Source of the DNA: a virus
IMG/VR virus record: IMGVR_UViG_3300032282_006300
Coordinates: 1 to 64,000 of that record
Length of the DNA: 64,000 nt
Direction: 5' to 3' (one strand)
Under the pieces are notes generated by a model. The model ran no database searches. It had not been told where the DNA came from and worked only from the letters and a program-made list of their open reading frames with translations. This document shows, in pieces, positions 20,104 to 29,818 of the stretch (position 1 is its first letter; the number at the start of each line of letters is the position of its first letter). The position numbers and the translations under genes are program-made.

Positions 20104-20888
20104 TAAATGCCATCACCTTTCCAGGGATTAAAAACAATGCTCACTGCAACAAAAGGTATGGCCCATACAGGCAATAAATTACAGGTGGCCAATGCAAGCA
20201 CCGGGGTAGCCCATTGGTATAGGCGGACAGAATCAGTGGCAATAAGTAATTGCGAATAAGCCAGAAGTAAGGCTAAAAATAATTGTGGGGTCATTGCGCC
20301 AAGACCTAATATCAATCCGGCCCAAGGGGTTAGCATCAACTGAGGGCTCATCCATTTGCCAGCATGAAATTCTTTAGAAGCCTTAAAAGGATGTTTTACA
20401 ATCCACAAACCTTTTTCATCAAGAACATCGGGACCTTCTTTTTGCAACCAGCGAATTGCAACCGGAATCATTCCGACTAAAAGGATTGGGTTCCATGCAT
20501 AAACGGCAGACCAGATTGGTGCAGTTTCTCTTACGCAACCGGCAAGTAAAGCAACTGCAACCGCGGCTGGCCAATAGATCGGTAAAAGGACGCACGCTAG
20601 TAGCGCGAGGAACATTCCAAAAGCATCAACGAGGACTGGGCACTTCCAACTAAAAACAATTCCCGGCAAGAGTGCTACCGAAACCATCCACGGATTTTGG
20701 CAATAAACTGCGGTAAGGATTGCAAAACCAACAATAGATAATCTTGTGACCCAAGCCCATGCTTGCAGATTATCTTTTAAAACAAAGGGCAAAAACCATC
20801 GCAAATGAAATGGTTTAATTACACGTTTTTCAGATACCGCAAAATAACGATATCCGTCCGGCGTAAGCCAAACATTGATAGGTTTCAT
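20103..20888 (-). CDS. Multi-pass membrane protein (possible GT-C-type glycosyltransferase)
   Basis: Many hydrophobic segments, TPDGxRY and RE motifs, coupled to the GT gene. Confidence 0.55.
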   Translation of the reverse strand: MKPINVWLTPDGYRYFAVSEKRVIKPFHLRWFLPFVLKDNLQAWAWVTRLSIVGFAILTAVYCQNPWMVSVALLPGIVFSWKCPVLVDAFGMFLALLACVLLPIYWPAAVAVALLAGCVRETAPIWSAVYAWNPILLVGMIPVAIRWLQKEGPDVLDEKGLWIVKHPFKASKEFHAGKWMSPQLMLTPWAGLILGLGAMTPQLFLALLLAYSQLLIATDSVRLYQWATPVLALATCNLLPVWAIPFVAVSIVFNPWKGDGI

Positions 20889-21161
20889 TTACTTGACATC
20901 GCCAATGTAAACACCATTGCGTGGAGGATCTGTTTGCCAATTCGGAAAATCCATACCCAAAACGTAAGGGTCAACGTGCAAATATCCTTTGCAACCAATG
21001 GCTACTTTTCCATCGGCAACAAGTACATGGTCTTGTTCAGAAGGTTGATCTGAATTACATTGGCAACACTGAGAAGTTAGCCAACTTTGAACACTCGGTT
21101 CATCAAAACCTGTGCGTTCAAGTCGTTTGAGATATTCTCTCTCAATGTGTCCAAGCATCAT
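20889..21161 (-). CDS. Hypothetical protein
   Basis: 90-aa ORF with Cys motifs. Confidence 0.5.
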   Translation of the reverse strand: MMLGHIEREYLKRLERTGFDEPSVQSWLTSQCCQCNSDQPSEQDHVLVADGKVAIGCKGYLHVDPYVLGMDFPNWQTDPPRNGVYIGDVK

Positions 21162-21214
21162 TACAAAACCTTCTTACGATTAGGGGTGTATAAGTGTATT
21201 GCTAAATATCTTTT

Positions 21215-21430
21215 TTACAAAACTGACTTATGGGCCTTGTAAAGATTGACGCAATACACTCCGCCATAAAACAGACACAAGATTGCTAAAGCGGGTTGGT
21301 GAATGGCAAAAGCATAGATGACCCAAGGGATTTCCATAGCCAAACACCAACCCCAGCCAATCTTGGGATTGCGTGCAACGATCCAAAGACCTGCAATACT
21401 ACCCGCGGCCAGAACAAATGAAAACCACAC
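21215..21430 (-). CDS. Small membrane protein
   Basis: Three hydrophobic helices. Confidence 0.6.
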   Translation of the reverse strand: MWFSFVLAAGSIAGLWIVARNPKIGWGWCLAMEIPWVIYAFAIHQPALAILCLFYGGVYCVNLYKAHKSVL

Positions 21431-21621
21431 TACTCAGCGCTTTTTCCGTGGTGCTCAGACCAATTCTCAAGCCAGGAATCAAATGCCTTCTCTGGGGTGT
21501 TCAATCCATCAGCCTTATACTTGGCTTGCTCGTCTGAACTGAGATTGCTCCACCATTGCTGGATTTCTTCCTGCAATTCTTTTTCAATCTTGTCTTTAAT
21601 GTTATTGTGTTCCTCGGGCAT
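21430..21621 (-). CDS. Hypothetical protein
   Basis: MPEEHNN start with GAGG RBS. Confidence 0.5.
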   Translation of the reverse strand: MPEEHNNIKDKIEKELQEEIQQWWSNLSSDEQAKYKADGLNTPEKAFDSWLENWSEHHGKSAE

Positions 21622-21622
21622 A

Positions 21623-21844
21623 TTACTTAACCTCTTCCTTTTGTGTATGTTCTGAAACGGCCAATGATCCAAATTCCAAAATTCCAAGAATATGATCAAA
21701 AACTTCATTGGTGTCTTTGCAACAATCTTTTTCTTGAATTTCATTAATGAGATTGATGATACGACCGCGTTCTTCAATAACACCTAGAGAATAGGCGCCC
21801 TGTATCGGAGTATCAGTTACTTCAATCTTGTTTTGTTCTGTCAT
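21623..21844 (-). CDS. Hypothetical protein
   Basis: 73-aa ORF with AAGGA RBS. Confidence 0.5.
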   Translation of the reverse strand: MTEQNKIEVTDTPIQGAYSLGVIEERGRIINLINEIQEKDCCKDTNEVFDHILGILEFGSLAVSEHTQKEEVK

Positions 21845-21866
21845 TGTTTTAATCCTTAGTTAGAAA

Positions 21867-22325
21867 TTAAAAATCTGTATCAAGCAATGCAATTAGAGTT
21901 TCTGCAACCAGTTGGGTTGACATTGACTGTTCAAAAGCATAGTCAAGCAACATTGCGAACTTGTAATAGGGGTCTTGAGCCAAAGAAAGATTGACCCACC
22001 GACGTGCCAAAAAGGTTTCATCTTTGATGCAATAAATTGCAGACAACATAGACGCGATTGGGGCAGTTCCGCTATCTTTTACTTGATACAAGTTTAATAA
22101 CAAGTTTTCAATAGCATCAATGTTTTCTTCTTTTGTGTGGCAAAGAGCAACCAACAGGGCATCACGCATAACTGAAGATTCTGTTAGCAAAACCAGACTA
22201 TCAATTTGATGATCTTTAAGTTCATCAAAAGAAAGTTTGCTCGCGGAAATAAAAAACTTTACAGCCTTTTTATGGTTTCCATAATGTTGCAAGTATCTTG
22301 GATCGTCAAAGATTTCCTCAGACAT
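21867..22325 (-). CDS. DUF4192-like helical protein
   Basis: MRDALL...APIASMLS...A..DPYY.FA.LL pattern recalls the C-terminus of actinobacterial DUF4192. Confidence 0.55.
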   Translation of the reverse strand: MSEEIFDDPRYLQHYGNHKKAVKFFISASKLSFDELKDHQIDSLVLLTESSVMRDALLVALCHTKEENIDAIENLLLNLYQVKDSGTAPIASMLSAIYCIKDETFLARRWVNLSLAQDPYYKFAMLLDYAFEQSMSTQLVAETLIALLDTDF

Positions 22326-22393
22326 TGGTCTCTTTCAGGTAGGCGGTATTAGATACCTAAACCTACCACAAGAATGCCTAATTGGCCACAACC

Positions 22394-25069
22394 CTAGGAA
22401 TGGGCCCCGCAAAAATGGCTACCTTCTTGGGCATCGTTTTCGCACCCTTCCCAGTAACTAGAGCCCATCGGCCCGCTCATGCCATCATTTGCTAGGCCTT
22501 CACACATGCCATCATATTTGCAACCTTCTCCGTCATTCCAACAATCATCCGCGTAGTGGTTTTCGTTGTCTACAAAACCTTCACATTCATGATCATCATC
22601 TTTTTGTGATTTAGCGCACTCGTCATATACACCAGTGTGGTCATGGTCGGTTTCGTGATCGCTCTTAGGGCATCCACAAAGGCAGGTGGCCCCTGGAGAC
22701 TCTTTGCTTGCCAATGCCTGACTTAGGGGTAGGTGTAGTTCACAAAGGGTCTGTCCGCCAACCACAGCGGTCTTAGCCACGTTGCCACAATAATCGCATT
22801 TAACGGCCTGAGCGGTCTTGTAGAAAGAGAACTCAGTCTTGCGGGAACCAGTACTTGACTTGGGTACAAATTTTTCAACGTGGTTGTCTTCAGTGTTGGC
22901 CCCGTTACCTCCACCATGACCCTTTCCAAAACCCAGTCCTCGTGTTACGTTTTTCATCAATCCTCCTGCGCCACCTGCGGCTCCTGATCCGGCTCCGGCT
23001 GCTCCGGCTCCGGCCCCTGCTACTTCAGCACCGGCTGCTCCTGCGCCTGCTACTTCAGCCCCTGCTGCTCCGGCTGCTCCTGCACCTTCAAGCAATGCGG
23101 CTCCTTCAAGCAACACTGGCAAGAAAGCGGTTTTATTTGAAGCGGTGCTTCCGCCAAGAAGATTATTGGCAGTGTTCTTAGCGTAAGTGCTGTCGGCCTC
23201 TAGGTGGGCTTTATGCCAATCAGATTGAGAACGGCGAAGTTGGTCTTTAATAATTTCGAAAGCAACTGCTCGTTCCATTGATTTAGGAGCAAATCGATAA
23301 ACAGCAAAAGCCTTGGACTTTTCATGGTCTTCTTGGGCGACTTTCAACCTAATGTCGGCGTTACGTTTTTTGCGGTCACGAATTTCTTCATGGCTTAGAC
23401 CCGAATTGTTAAGTTCTTCAAAAGCATCTTCAATGCTTGGCGCAGGACGAGTGTTCTTAGGCAATTTAAAACTGCGTCCACGTTCAGGAGAAGGACCGGT
23501 TTGAGGAGCGGGGGCTTGAGAAGGTTGTGGTTTTTCGTTAGGAGATTGGAAAACAATCGGGTTAACCGCACCAGTTACCTTGTTCCAAGGTTGCTTGGGA
23601 TTTTTGACGTGAGAACTAGAGCGCTTGCACTTGCATTTGCTAACCATGCAACCGCCGGAAACAGGTGCTCCACTTTCCTTATCTTTGCTACGGAACTCAA
23701 CGTCGTGACTGTTGGCTGAGTGTCCACAAGTAGAACAATTGTCTGCGCTGGTTTCCCTATTCCAATCGTCGTCGTCGTCGTCGTCGTCGGAATCGCTTTC
23801 GTTATACTCATCGCCAAAATCAAAATCGTCATCGTCATCTAGGTTAGACTCGCTACCACAAGGACATTGGCAATCTCCACCAACACAGTTTTGGTGATTG
23901 CCTTCAAAACATTCTTGACAAATGTCAGCCTTAGCCAACTTACTCAAATCATCCCAGACTTGCTCAGACAAGGACGCTGTGGCTTGTTTTTCCATTCCCG
24001 AATCTTTGCAACGACGGCAAATGTCTTGACCTGCCAAGTTCGCAAGGAAGTCGTCCCCGCCACAGAGTTTGCAAGCCCAACCATCTTTTGCCAATTCAAA
24101 ATCAACAGCAAACTTCTTAAGGGCGGTCACACTCAAATGCGCTAATGCGCCAGAGGTCTTAGCGGTAGTGCTCTTGCCGTCGCCTGAACACACTTCGGGG
24201 TGACTGTACCAATCCTGTGGTGCATCATCTAGGTCAAACCAACGCTGACACTTAGGACAAGTCACACCATTGCGACCAGCGTTCTTGTGAACAGCATGGG
24301 AGTGAATGTTGCCCTCCGTCTTAGCATCGGGCCATTCGCCTTCCATTGCTTCGTGTTGTTCATCGTGCTCTGCTTGCAAATGTTCATGGTCCCAGTGGTC
24401 TACGCTAAATCCCACAGGTGGATGTAATTGAACAATGTGTTGCAAAAGTTCAGTGCGGTCTTGAGTGTTTACGGGATTCTTTTCTGCATGTTCTTTCATT
24501 TGAGAATCCCTAAATGCATCTTCTTCTCGTTGTTTAACGAATTCCCTCATAATCTCAAAACGACCTTTATCGCAGATGAGCCCTGTGTGTGTTTTTCCAT
24601 CTTCGGTTGGAATTGTAATTGGAACCGTTTCACCTTCGCAATCGGAAGGATAAAGGTGAGAAATACAACGTCCGTCAAGGTTAGCAATCTTGCTACCTTG
24701 TGACGACTTCAGGGCTTCTTCGTAGGCATCAAAGTGGCGGTCGTAGTAGGAGTCAGGGTAGGAATTGTGACGCTTAGCGTGAGCCATTTCATCATCGTTG
24801 GGCTTAGGCTTTAGCGAGTTGAACAGTTTGACATCAAAACCTTCAGCCAATTCTGCATCGCCCTGAGAAGCAATCTTGTTCAACTCATTCCAAACCTGTT
24901 CGGAAAGGGACGAGGACTTGTCAAGGGGGAGTTCTTCTTGCTCACCGAAACCGTTCTTTACTTCTCTTGTTCCACCATCGCAAGGGCAGTCGCAACGACC
25001 TTCGCCACCATTGGAAGGAACATCACAGTTGTGGTGATTACCAATCTTGCAATGACGACAAGAATCCAT
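22394..25069 (-). CDS. Modular Cys/His-rich polyprotein (putative internal head cargo)
   Basis: Many CxxC/H modules separated by KxA motifs (LNKIA, LKKFA, SNKTA, FYKTA), duplicated SLSEQVW, Gly/Ala repeat. Confidence 0.7.
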   Translation of the reverse strand: MDSCRHCKIGNHHNCDVPSNGGEGRCDCPCDGGTREVKNGFGEQEELPLDKSSSLSEQVWNELNKIASQGDAELAEGFDVKLFNSLKPKPNDDEMAHAKRHNSYPDSYYDRHFDAYEEALKSSQGSKIANLDGRCISHLYPSDCEGETVPITIPTEDGKTHTGLICDKGRFEIMREFVKQREEDAFRDSQMKEHAEKNPVNTQDRTELLQHIVQLHPPVGFSVDHWDHEHLQAEHDEQHEAMEGEWPDAKTEGNIHSHAVHKNAGRNGVTCPKCQRWFDLDDAPQDWYSHPEVCSGDGKSTTAKTSGALAHLSVTALKKFAVDFELAKDGWACKLCGGDDFLANLAGQDICRRCKDSGMEKQATASLSEQVWDDLSKLAKADICQECFEGNHQNCVGGDCQCPCGSESNLDDDDDFDFGDEYNESDSDDDDDDDDWNRETSADNCSTCGHSANSHDVEFRSKDKESGAPVSGGCMVSKCKCKRSSSHVKNPKQPWNKVTGAVNPIVFQSPNEKPQPSQAPAPQTGPSPERGRSFKLPKNTRPAPSIEDAFEELNNSGLSHEEIRDRKKRNADIRLKVAQEDHEKSKAFAVYRFAPKSMERAVAFEIIKDQLRRSQSDWHKAHLEADSTYAKNTANNLLGGSTASNKTAFLPVLLEGAALLEGAGAAGAAGAEVAGAGAAGAEVAGAGAGAAGAGSGAAGGAGGLMKNVTRGLGFGKGHGGGNGANTEDNHVEKFVPKSSTGSRKTEFSFYKTAQAVKCDYCGNVAKTAVVGGQTLCELHLPLSQALASKESPGATCLCGCPKSDHETDHDHTGVYDECAKSQKDDDHECEGFVDNENHYADDCWNDGEGCKYDGMCEGLANDGMSGPMGSSYWEGCENDAQEGSHFCGAHS

Positions 25070-25107
25070 GACTTAAACCTTTTCGTAGAAGAAGCAACTC
25101 CTACGGA

Positions 25108-25353
25108 TTACTCCGCTTCTTTGGTCACTTCAACAGTATTGGACGTTTCAATCCATACTCTTGCGCCACACGAAAGCGGGTCTTGTGCTTGATAAACAAC
25201 TCTGGCGGCCTCCAGACCGTCCTGCCCATAGATGATGGCAGTGTGAGCGTACCTGTTCTCCTTGTAAGTCTTTACCGTCAGCACAGGCTCGTTAGTGTTG
25301 TTCTTGGCATTGGCTTTAATCTTGTGCTGGTTTACATGAATGATGGTTTTCAT
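25108..25353 (-). CDS. Conserved phage hypothetical protein
   Basis: MKTIIHVNQH...VLTVK...PLSCGARVWIET, a family I recognise as widespread in phages, function unknown. Confidence 0.75.
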   Translation of the reverse strand: MKTIIHVNQHKIKANAKNNTNEPVLTVKTYKENRYAHTAIIYGQDGLEAARVVYQAQDPLSCGARVWIETSNTVEVTKEAE

Positions 25354-25482
25354 TTGACAAACACTTCGTTGGAAGCAATCTCACCCAATGTCACATCGGG
25401 GTGTTGTTCTAGGTATGCGTCAATGAAGTCTAGGTATTCTCCAAACTCTTGCTTGCTTCCCCTGAAGGACAAGACCAATGTC

Positions 25483-25677
25483 TTACTCACCTAGCAACTC
25501 CTTAATGCTTCTGTCGTTATCTGCGTGGCAAGACTGACACATTATTTTGCCTTTAATCTTCTCGCTGTTAGCCCAAAGTGCTTCATTGTCTTCGGTCAAG
25601 TAGATGTGAAAGTCGCCATAGTCAGCGAACTTGCGACCGCACACCAAACACTTTCCTACTTGTGAAAGTCTTGCCAT
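25483..25677 (-). CDS. Small zinc-finger protein
   Basis: CxxC...CxxC with AGGAG RBS. Confidence 0.6.
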   Translation of the reverse strand: MARLSQVGKCLVCGRKFADYGDFHIYLTEDNEALWANSEKIKGKIMCQSCHADNDRSIKELLGE

Positions 25678-25728
25678 AACAACTCCTATCGTTGGTTGCT
25701 TCCAACCTTACACCTTGCTGTCAAGCCT

Positions 25729-25923
25729 TTAGTCAGGCTCGTAAGGTTCAGAGTTGTTCACGACCTCGTGGAGTTCGCAGAACTTGTCTGAGGTTTCCGT
25801 GTCAATGTCGTCCTCGCAGAACTCAACATCGGGCACTTCTGTCCAATCAGGGTGAGCAACGGAGTAGTGATACATCACTGCCCAATTACACTTGCCCTTG
25901 ATTGGATTTACATCTTCACCCAT
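25729..25923 (-). CDS. Hypothetical protein
   Basis: MGEDVNP start with GGAGG RBS. Confidence 0.5.
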   Translation of the reverse strand: MGEDVNPIKGKCNWAVMYHYSVAHPDWTEVPDVEFCEDDIDTETSDKFCELHEVVNNSEPYEPD

Positions 25924-26016
25924 TGCGCTTTTCCTCCAGCAGTTTGGTGATACAAGGCACGCAGTAGTCAAAGCCGTTGGTGGCTTTGCTCTGGCAACCT
26001 TTGGTCTGGCAACGCT

Positions 26017-26328
26017 TCACGGTTTGCTCACTTGCTTCTGTTGCTTCCTTACCTGAGATAGCCAAGTCGGAACTGCGTCCTTCCAGACGGCTCTGAGGTC
26101 GTCGTCGTTGTTGATGAGGTCTGCTACCCACTCGCGCGCGAGCACCACCTCCAGCAGTCGCTCCGCTTCCTCAAGTGATGTCTGCTCGTCTATCTCCAAC
26201 TGACAGACCGAGCAGAAGGCTTTGGCTTCATTGCCGGTGGAGTTGGGACAAGCAATCCAAGTCAATGAGCCATCATCTGCGTGTTCCCCGAAGGCAAAGC
26301 CTGAGCAGGGATAGTGTGTATTGTTCAT
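26017..26328 (-). CDS. Hypothetical protein
   Basis: 103-aa ORF coupled (ATGA) to the upstream gene. Confidence 0.6.
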   Translation of the reverse strand: MNNTHYPCSGFAFGEHADDGSLTWIACPNSTGNEAKAFCSVCQLEIDEQTSLEEAERLLEVVLAREWVADLINNDDDLRAVWKDAVPTWLSQVRKQQKQVSKP

Positions 26329-26786
26329 GCGCTCACCTTAGCACCTAGAGCCTCTGCTGGGTACACCATCTGCCCAGCCTCAATGTCCTCCCTGATGTGG
26401 ACTTCACTCCACTCAGGCTCAACGGTCAAGAAGCCAGAGCCGGAGAAGGGGAAGCAGGTAAGCACCAGACCGTCTACAAGCCACTCACAGCCATCATCGC
26501 CCCACTCCCATAGTCCTTTGACCAAAGGGAACTGCGCGGTCGTGTCAAACTGTCTGGCGGTCGTGTCAATGACAATCTCCTCGGCTTCCACCCAAACTGC
26601 CCAATGCTCACGACCTTGATACTCAACGCCGGTCATTCGTATCAGGCTTGCGTCAATGCCTCGGTCTTGGAGGAACTGCGCCAAGCCCTGAGAGGCAATG
26701 ACACAATGTCCCCAAGCCTTGTGAGGTACTGACAAGTCCTGCTGGCTTTCGCACCACTGCTGGACTAGCCCTAGCGTGTGGTTCAT
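26325..26786 (-). CDS. Putative transglutaminase/papain-like (Cys-His-Asp) protein
   Basis: GHCVIAS...EHWAVWV...VIDTTARQF spacing of Cys, His and Asp. Confidence 0.55.
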   Translation of the reverse strand: MNHTLGLVQQWCESQQDLSVPHKAWGHCVIASQGLAQFLQDRGIDASLIRMTGVEYQGREHWAVWVEAEEIVIDTTARQFDTTAQFPLVKGLWEWGDDGCEWLVDGLVLTCFPFSGSGFLTVEPEWSEVHIREDIEAGQMVYPAEALGAKVSA

Positions 26787-26876
26787 CTTGCTCCTTCCGT
26801 TGTTGTTGTGCCCCACCTTAGCGACTAACGCCGGAGAGTCAAGCACCCTCACCGGCGTGTCGCCAGATTGTTTGAG

Positions 26877-27161
26877 TCAGCAATACTCGCAGATTTCGCA
26901 GTGCTCCACGGCGCAACGCACTATTGGCTGGCGGAGCAACTCCAGCAGGTAGCCGAGGAACTCAGGTCGGGTGATGTCCCATGCTTCTTCTTCAATGTGT
27001 CCGTAGTGCAATGGATTGCTCTCGTCCTCCATGAGCACGAAGCCTGCGGAGCAAGACCAATCCGCTCCGTAAGTGTTCACATCTCCGCGCTCGGTGTAGA
27101 CCTCAATCTCAATGCCGACTTGCTCAGCCAGCGTGAGCACTTGCTTGAGTGTTGCCTTCAT
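26877..27161 (-). CDS. Hypothetical early protein
   Basis: Own GACAC promoter cassette and RBS. Confidence 0.65.
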   Translation of the reverse strand: MKATLKQVLTLAEQVGIEIEVYTERGDVNTYGADWSCSAGFVLMEDESNPLHYGHIEEEAWDITRPEFLGYLLELLRQPIVRCAVEHCEICEYC

Positions 27162-27248
27162 GTCTTGCCCCCTTCGTTGTCGTTGGTACTAACTTACACG
27201 CAACGCCGGAGGAGTCAAGCATTTCCACCGGCGTGTCGCAAGATTGTG

Positions 27249-27521
27249 TCAGCGCGTTGCGTTGATGGGGAACATCTCATCAAAGATTTCCCACAGTCGG
27301 GCTTCCACAAGACCGGCTTGGTCAAAGGTGTCCGATACGATAAAGGACTCGTTTGGCTTGGTCGTCCAAATCTGCCCATCGTCAAGGACAAGACGGAAGC
27401 CTGTGCCGTCTGGTGTGACCCTTTGGACAACTCGGCTCATTACCCAAGCACCTGTGCGGGGATTGCCGTGGAGGGTGATGATGTCCTGCGTCTTGATTTC
27501 GTTAGCCGGTGTCTGGTTCAT
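27249..27521 (-). CDS. Hypothetical early protein
   Basis: MNQTPA start, own promoter cassette. Confidence 0.65.
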   Translation of the reverse strand: MNQTPANEIKTQDIITLHGNPRTGAWVMSRVVQRVTPDGTGFRLVLDDGQIWTTKPNESFIVSDTFDQAGLVEARLWEIFDEMFPINATR

Positions 27522-27610
27522 TGTGTTGCTCCCTTTCGTTGTCGTTAGTACTAACATACACGCCGGTGGTCACTTTCGCGGTATTGACCACCGGCGTGTC
27601 GCAAGTTATT

Positions 27611-27982
27611 TCAGCCGTAGATTTCCTCACCAAAGATTGCCAACTGAAGCACCGTGGTGGCAACGCAAACATCCCACGACCAGAAGTCGGTGGAGATGGC
27701 ATTGCCACAGCAGGAGTCGCGCAGAGAGCGCGTCAGGGCAATCTGGAAGCCCCTCTCAATGTCAGCAATACCCAAGATGATTTCGCTTGGCTTGCCATCG
27801 TAGAAGTCGTCCTGCTTGTAATAGGTGAACTTGATTTCACCAATGGTTTCCCAATCGGCTTCGCCGAGGTACTCGGCTGAAACGCAGAAGGACTTCATCA
27901 CAGGGTCGCAATCCCAGCCTGAGCCGAAAGTGGCTTCCCATAGAGCCTTGCTGTCCACCTCTACTGCGATTGTCTGGTTCAT
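27611..27982 (-). CDS. Hypothetical early protein
   Basis: MNQTIA start, ends VLQLAIFGEEIYG, own promoter cassette. Confidence 0.7.
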   Translation of the reverse strand: MNQTIAVEVDSKALWEATFGSGWDCDPVMKSFCVSAEYLGEADWETIGEIKFTYYKQDDFYDGKPSEIILGIADIERGFQIALTRSLRDSCCGNAISTDFWSWDVCVATTVLQLAIFGEEIYG

Positions 27983-28067
27983 TGTCTTGCTCCTCTCGTT
28001 GTTGTCGTTGGTACTAACATACACGAAACGCCGGTGGAAACAAGCATTTCCACCGGCGTGTCGCGGA

Positions 28068-28364
28068 TTATTTCACGCAGTCGGGACAGCCCAACTCGCA
28101 AGGCTCAACTCGTGAGCAAAGGTCTACGACACTCTCCCAGATGTCGCCCCAAAGTTCACCGTCCGTCCTGCTGTAATAGTAATCACGGTAGTGGCTGTCA
28201 CCATAGAAGGTGTAGCCGGTCGGAGGGTCAAGGCTGACATGACCACCGGAGATAACGAGGGTGCAACCTGCTCGCTTCGCGGAGGCGATTGCTTGCGCCT
28301 TCGTTGCCTTGCGGGCGGGCTTGACGGCAAAGAGTTGGTTCAGTCGTTGTTCTAGTTCTAACAT
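28068..28364 (-). CDS. Hypothetical early protein
   Basis: MLELEQ start with AAGGAG RBS, own promoter cassette. Confidence 0.65.
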   Translation of the reverse strand: MLELEQRLNQLFAVKPARKATKAQAIASAKRAGCTLVISGGHVSLDPPTGYTFYGDSHYRDYYYSRTDGELWGDIWESVVDLCSRVEPCELGCPDCVK

Positions 28365-28519
28365 GGTCTTGCTCCTTTCGGTTGTCGTTGGTACTAACAT
28401 ACACGAGTTTGCCCGAAACCTCGGTATTTCCACCGGCGTGTCGCAAACTATTTATTTCACCAAAGACCCCTGCCAGACGGGGGATGCTGGCAGGGGTCGG
28501 TCTGGTGTCAGGTCAGGCT

Positions 28520-28891
28520 CTAACCCTCCCTGCTCGTGTCGTTCACATCGTGGCTGTGAAACTCGCCCTCGCTCTGGATTTCAGAAGCCAGCGCGTCCTC
28601 ATCATCAAGGCAGTAGTCGTTGGACTCCACCTCGTACTCAGCCTCGCTCCAATCCAGCCAACGCTCAAGGTTGTCACCGTCACCCTCGCTATCAACGAGG
28701 GTGGTGGCTTCCTGCTCATCAGTAGCCAAGACCAGCAAGGAGAAGGGCACTGTGGCTGTGACCTCCACCGTGAGCGTAATGCCAAACTCGGCAAACTCAA
28801 GTTGAGCGCGGTACTCAGCAGTGCCGGTCACGCGGAACTTGTGGAGTTCTTGCGTGAAAGCAATCTCGTCATTGCTGTCAAAGTAGTTCAT
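28520..28891 (-). CDS. Highly acidic hypothetical early protein
   Basis: 123 aa, very D/E-rich C-terminal half, own promoter cassette. Confidence 0.65.
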   Translation of the reverse strand: MNYFDSNDEIAFTQELHKFRVTGTAEYRAQLEFAEFGITLTVEVTATVPFSLLVLATDEQEATTLVDSEGDGDNLERWLDWSEAEYEVESNDYCLDDEDALASEIQSEGEFHSHDVNDTSREG

Positions 28892-29443
28892 TGTCGTCCC
28901 CTTCTGTCGGTGTAAGCGGTCTTGCTTACAAGGAATACATTACACACCTTTGCCCGAAACCTCGGCATTTACATCGGCGTGTCGCAAGATTTATTTCAGG
29001 GGAGGTAAGAATACCCCTCCCTCCCTACCCTATTTATGGTATCGGCAATCTCGCGCGAAGTCACGCACATCTACCGGCGTGTCGTGAAAAAGTTTATGGA
29101 TTTATCGGCGTGTCGCTACATAACCTGTGCTCAACTCCCCAGATTGCTCTGTATCGCACGAACGCAGGGGGGCTGGTGTGATTGGATAGGGGCAGGGCTA
29201 AGGCTCTCACAGGGGCACACAGGGCTTCTGGTGGGGGTATGCCCCTTGTCAAGCATTGACTCCGGCGTGTCGTGAACTTTCGCCTGAAACGACCAAACCC
29301 CCCTCACGACAATGGGGGGGTCTGGGAGTCGCTGGGGAGGAAAGGAATACTCCTATGCGACTGCCACGCGCTGACAAGGCGCGTGGGGGTGAGCCTAGCC
29401 GGTGAGTCACGGGGGATGGACTCACCGGCTAGGGGCGTGGGGG

Positions 29444-29818
29444 CTACATAGGCTTCACCACGATGTAGTCGGTGGCGGTAGCCAGCATTTCGGCAATCGC
29501 AGGGTACTCAGCCTTCAGGCGAGTGGTGTCAATGCCGGTGCGAGTCCGAGAGCAAGCCATAACCTGAACATAGCCTCCGACTGAACCAGCCTCGTGACCA
29601 TCAAGAAGGGTCAGGATTTGAGCGCGAACCGCCTTTTCCTGAGCCTCAAACAACTTGCTCGCGGTGCGAGCCTCGTTGAGAGCGTTCACCAACTCCAACA
29701 GGTTGGTGTTGTCAAGAGCGATAACATCATCACTCACAGCGGTCGTCTGCTTCACAGCAGGAGCAATACCGACAAGTCGCGCGATTGCGGACTTGGTGAT
29801 TTCGGTCAAAGTAGCCAT
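29444..29818 (-). CDS. Hypothetical early protein (resembles C-terminal region of YqaJ-type phage proteins)
   Basis: Coiled coil followed by IDTTRLKAEYP, strong RBS, own promoter. Confidence 0.6.
   Translation of the reverse strand: MATLTEITKSAIARLVGIAPAVKQTTAVSDDVIALDNTNLLELVNALNEARTASKLFEAQEKAVRAQILTLLDGHEAGSVGGYVQVMACSRTRTGIDTTRLKAEYPAIAEMLATATDYIVVKPM

Noticed and set aside
22960-23090. Gly/Ala repeat (GAAGAEVA) in ORF 22394-25069
   Set aside because: It is a simple in-frame low-complexity duplication with no evidence of a separate element.
29277-29290. parS-like CTTTCGCCTGAAAC
   Set aside because: It has three mismatches to GTTTCACGTGAAAC and there is only one copy, which is too weak.
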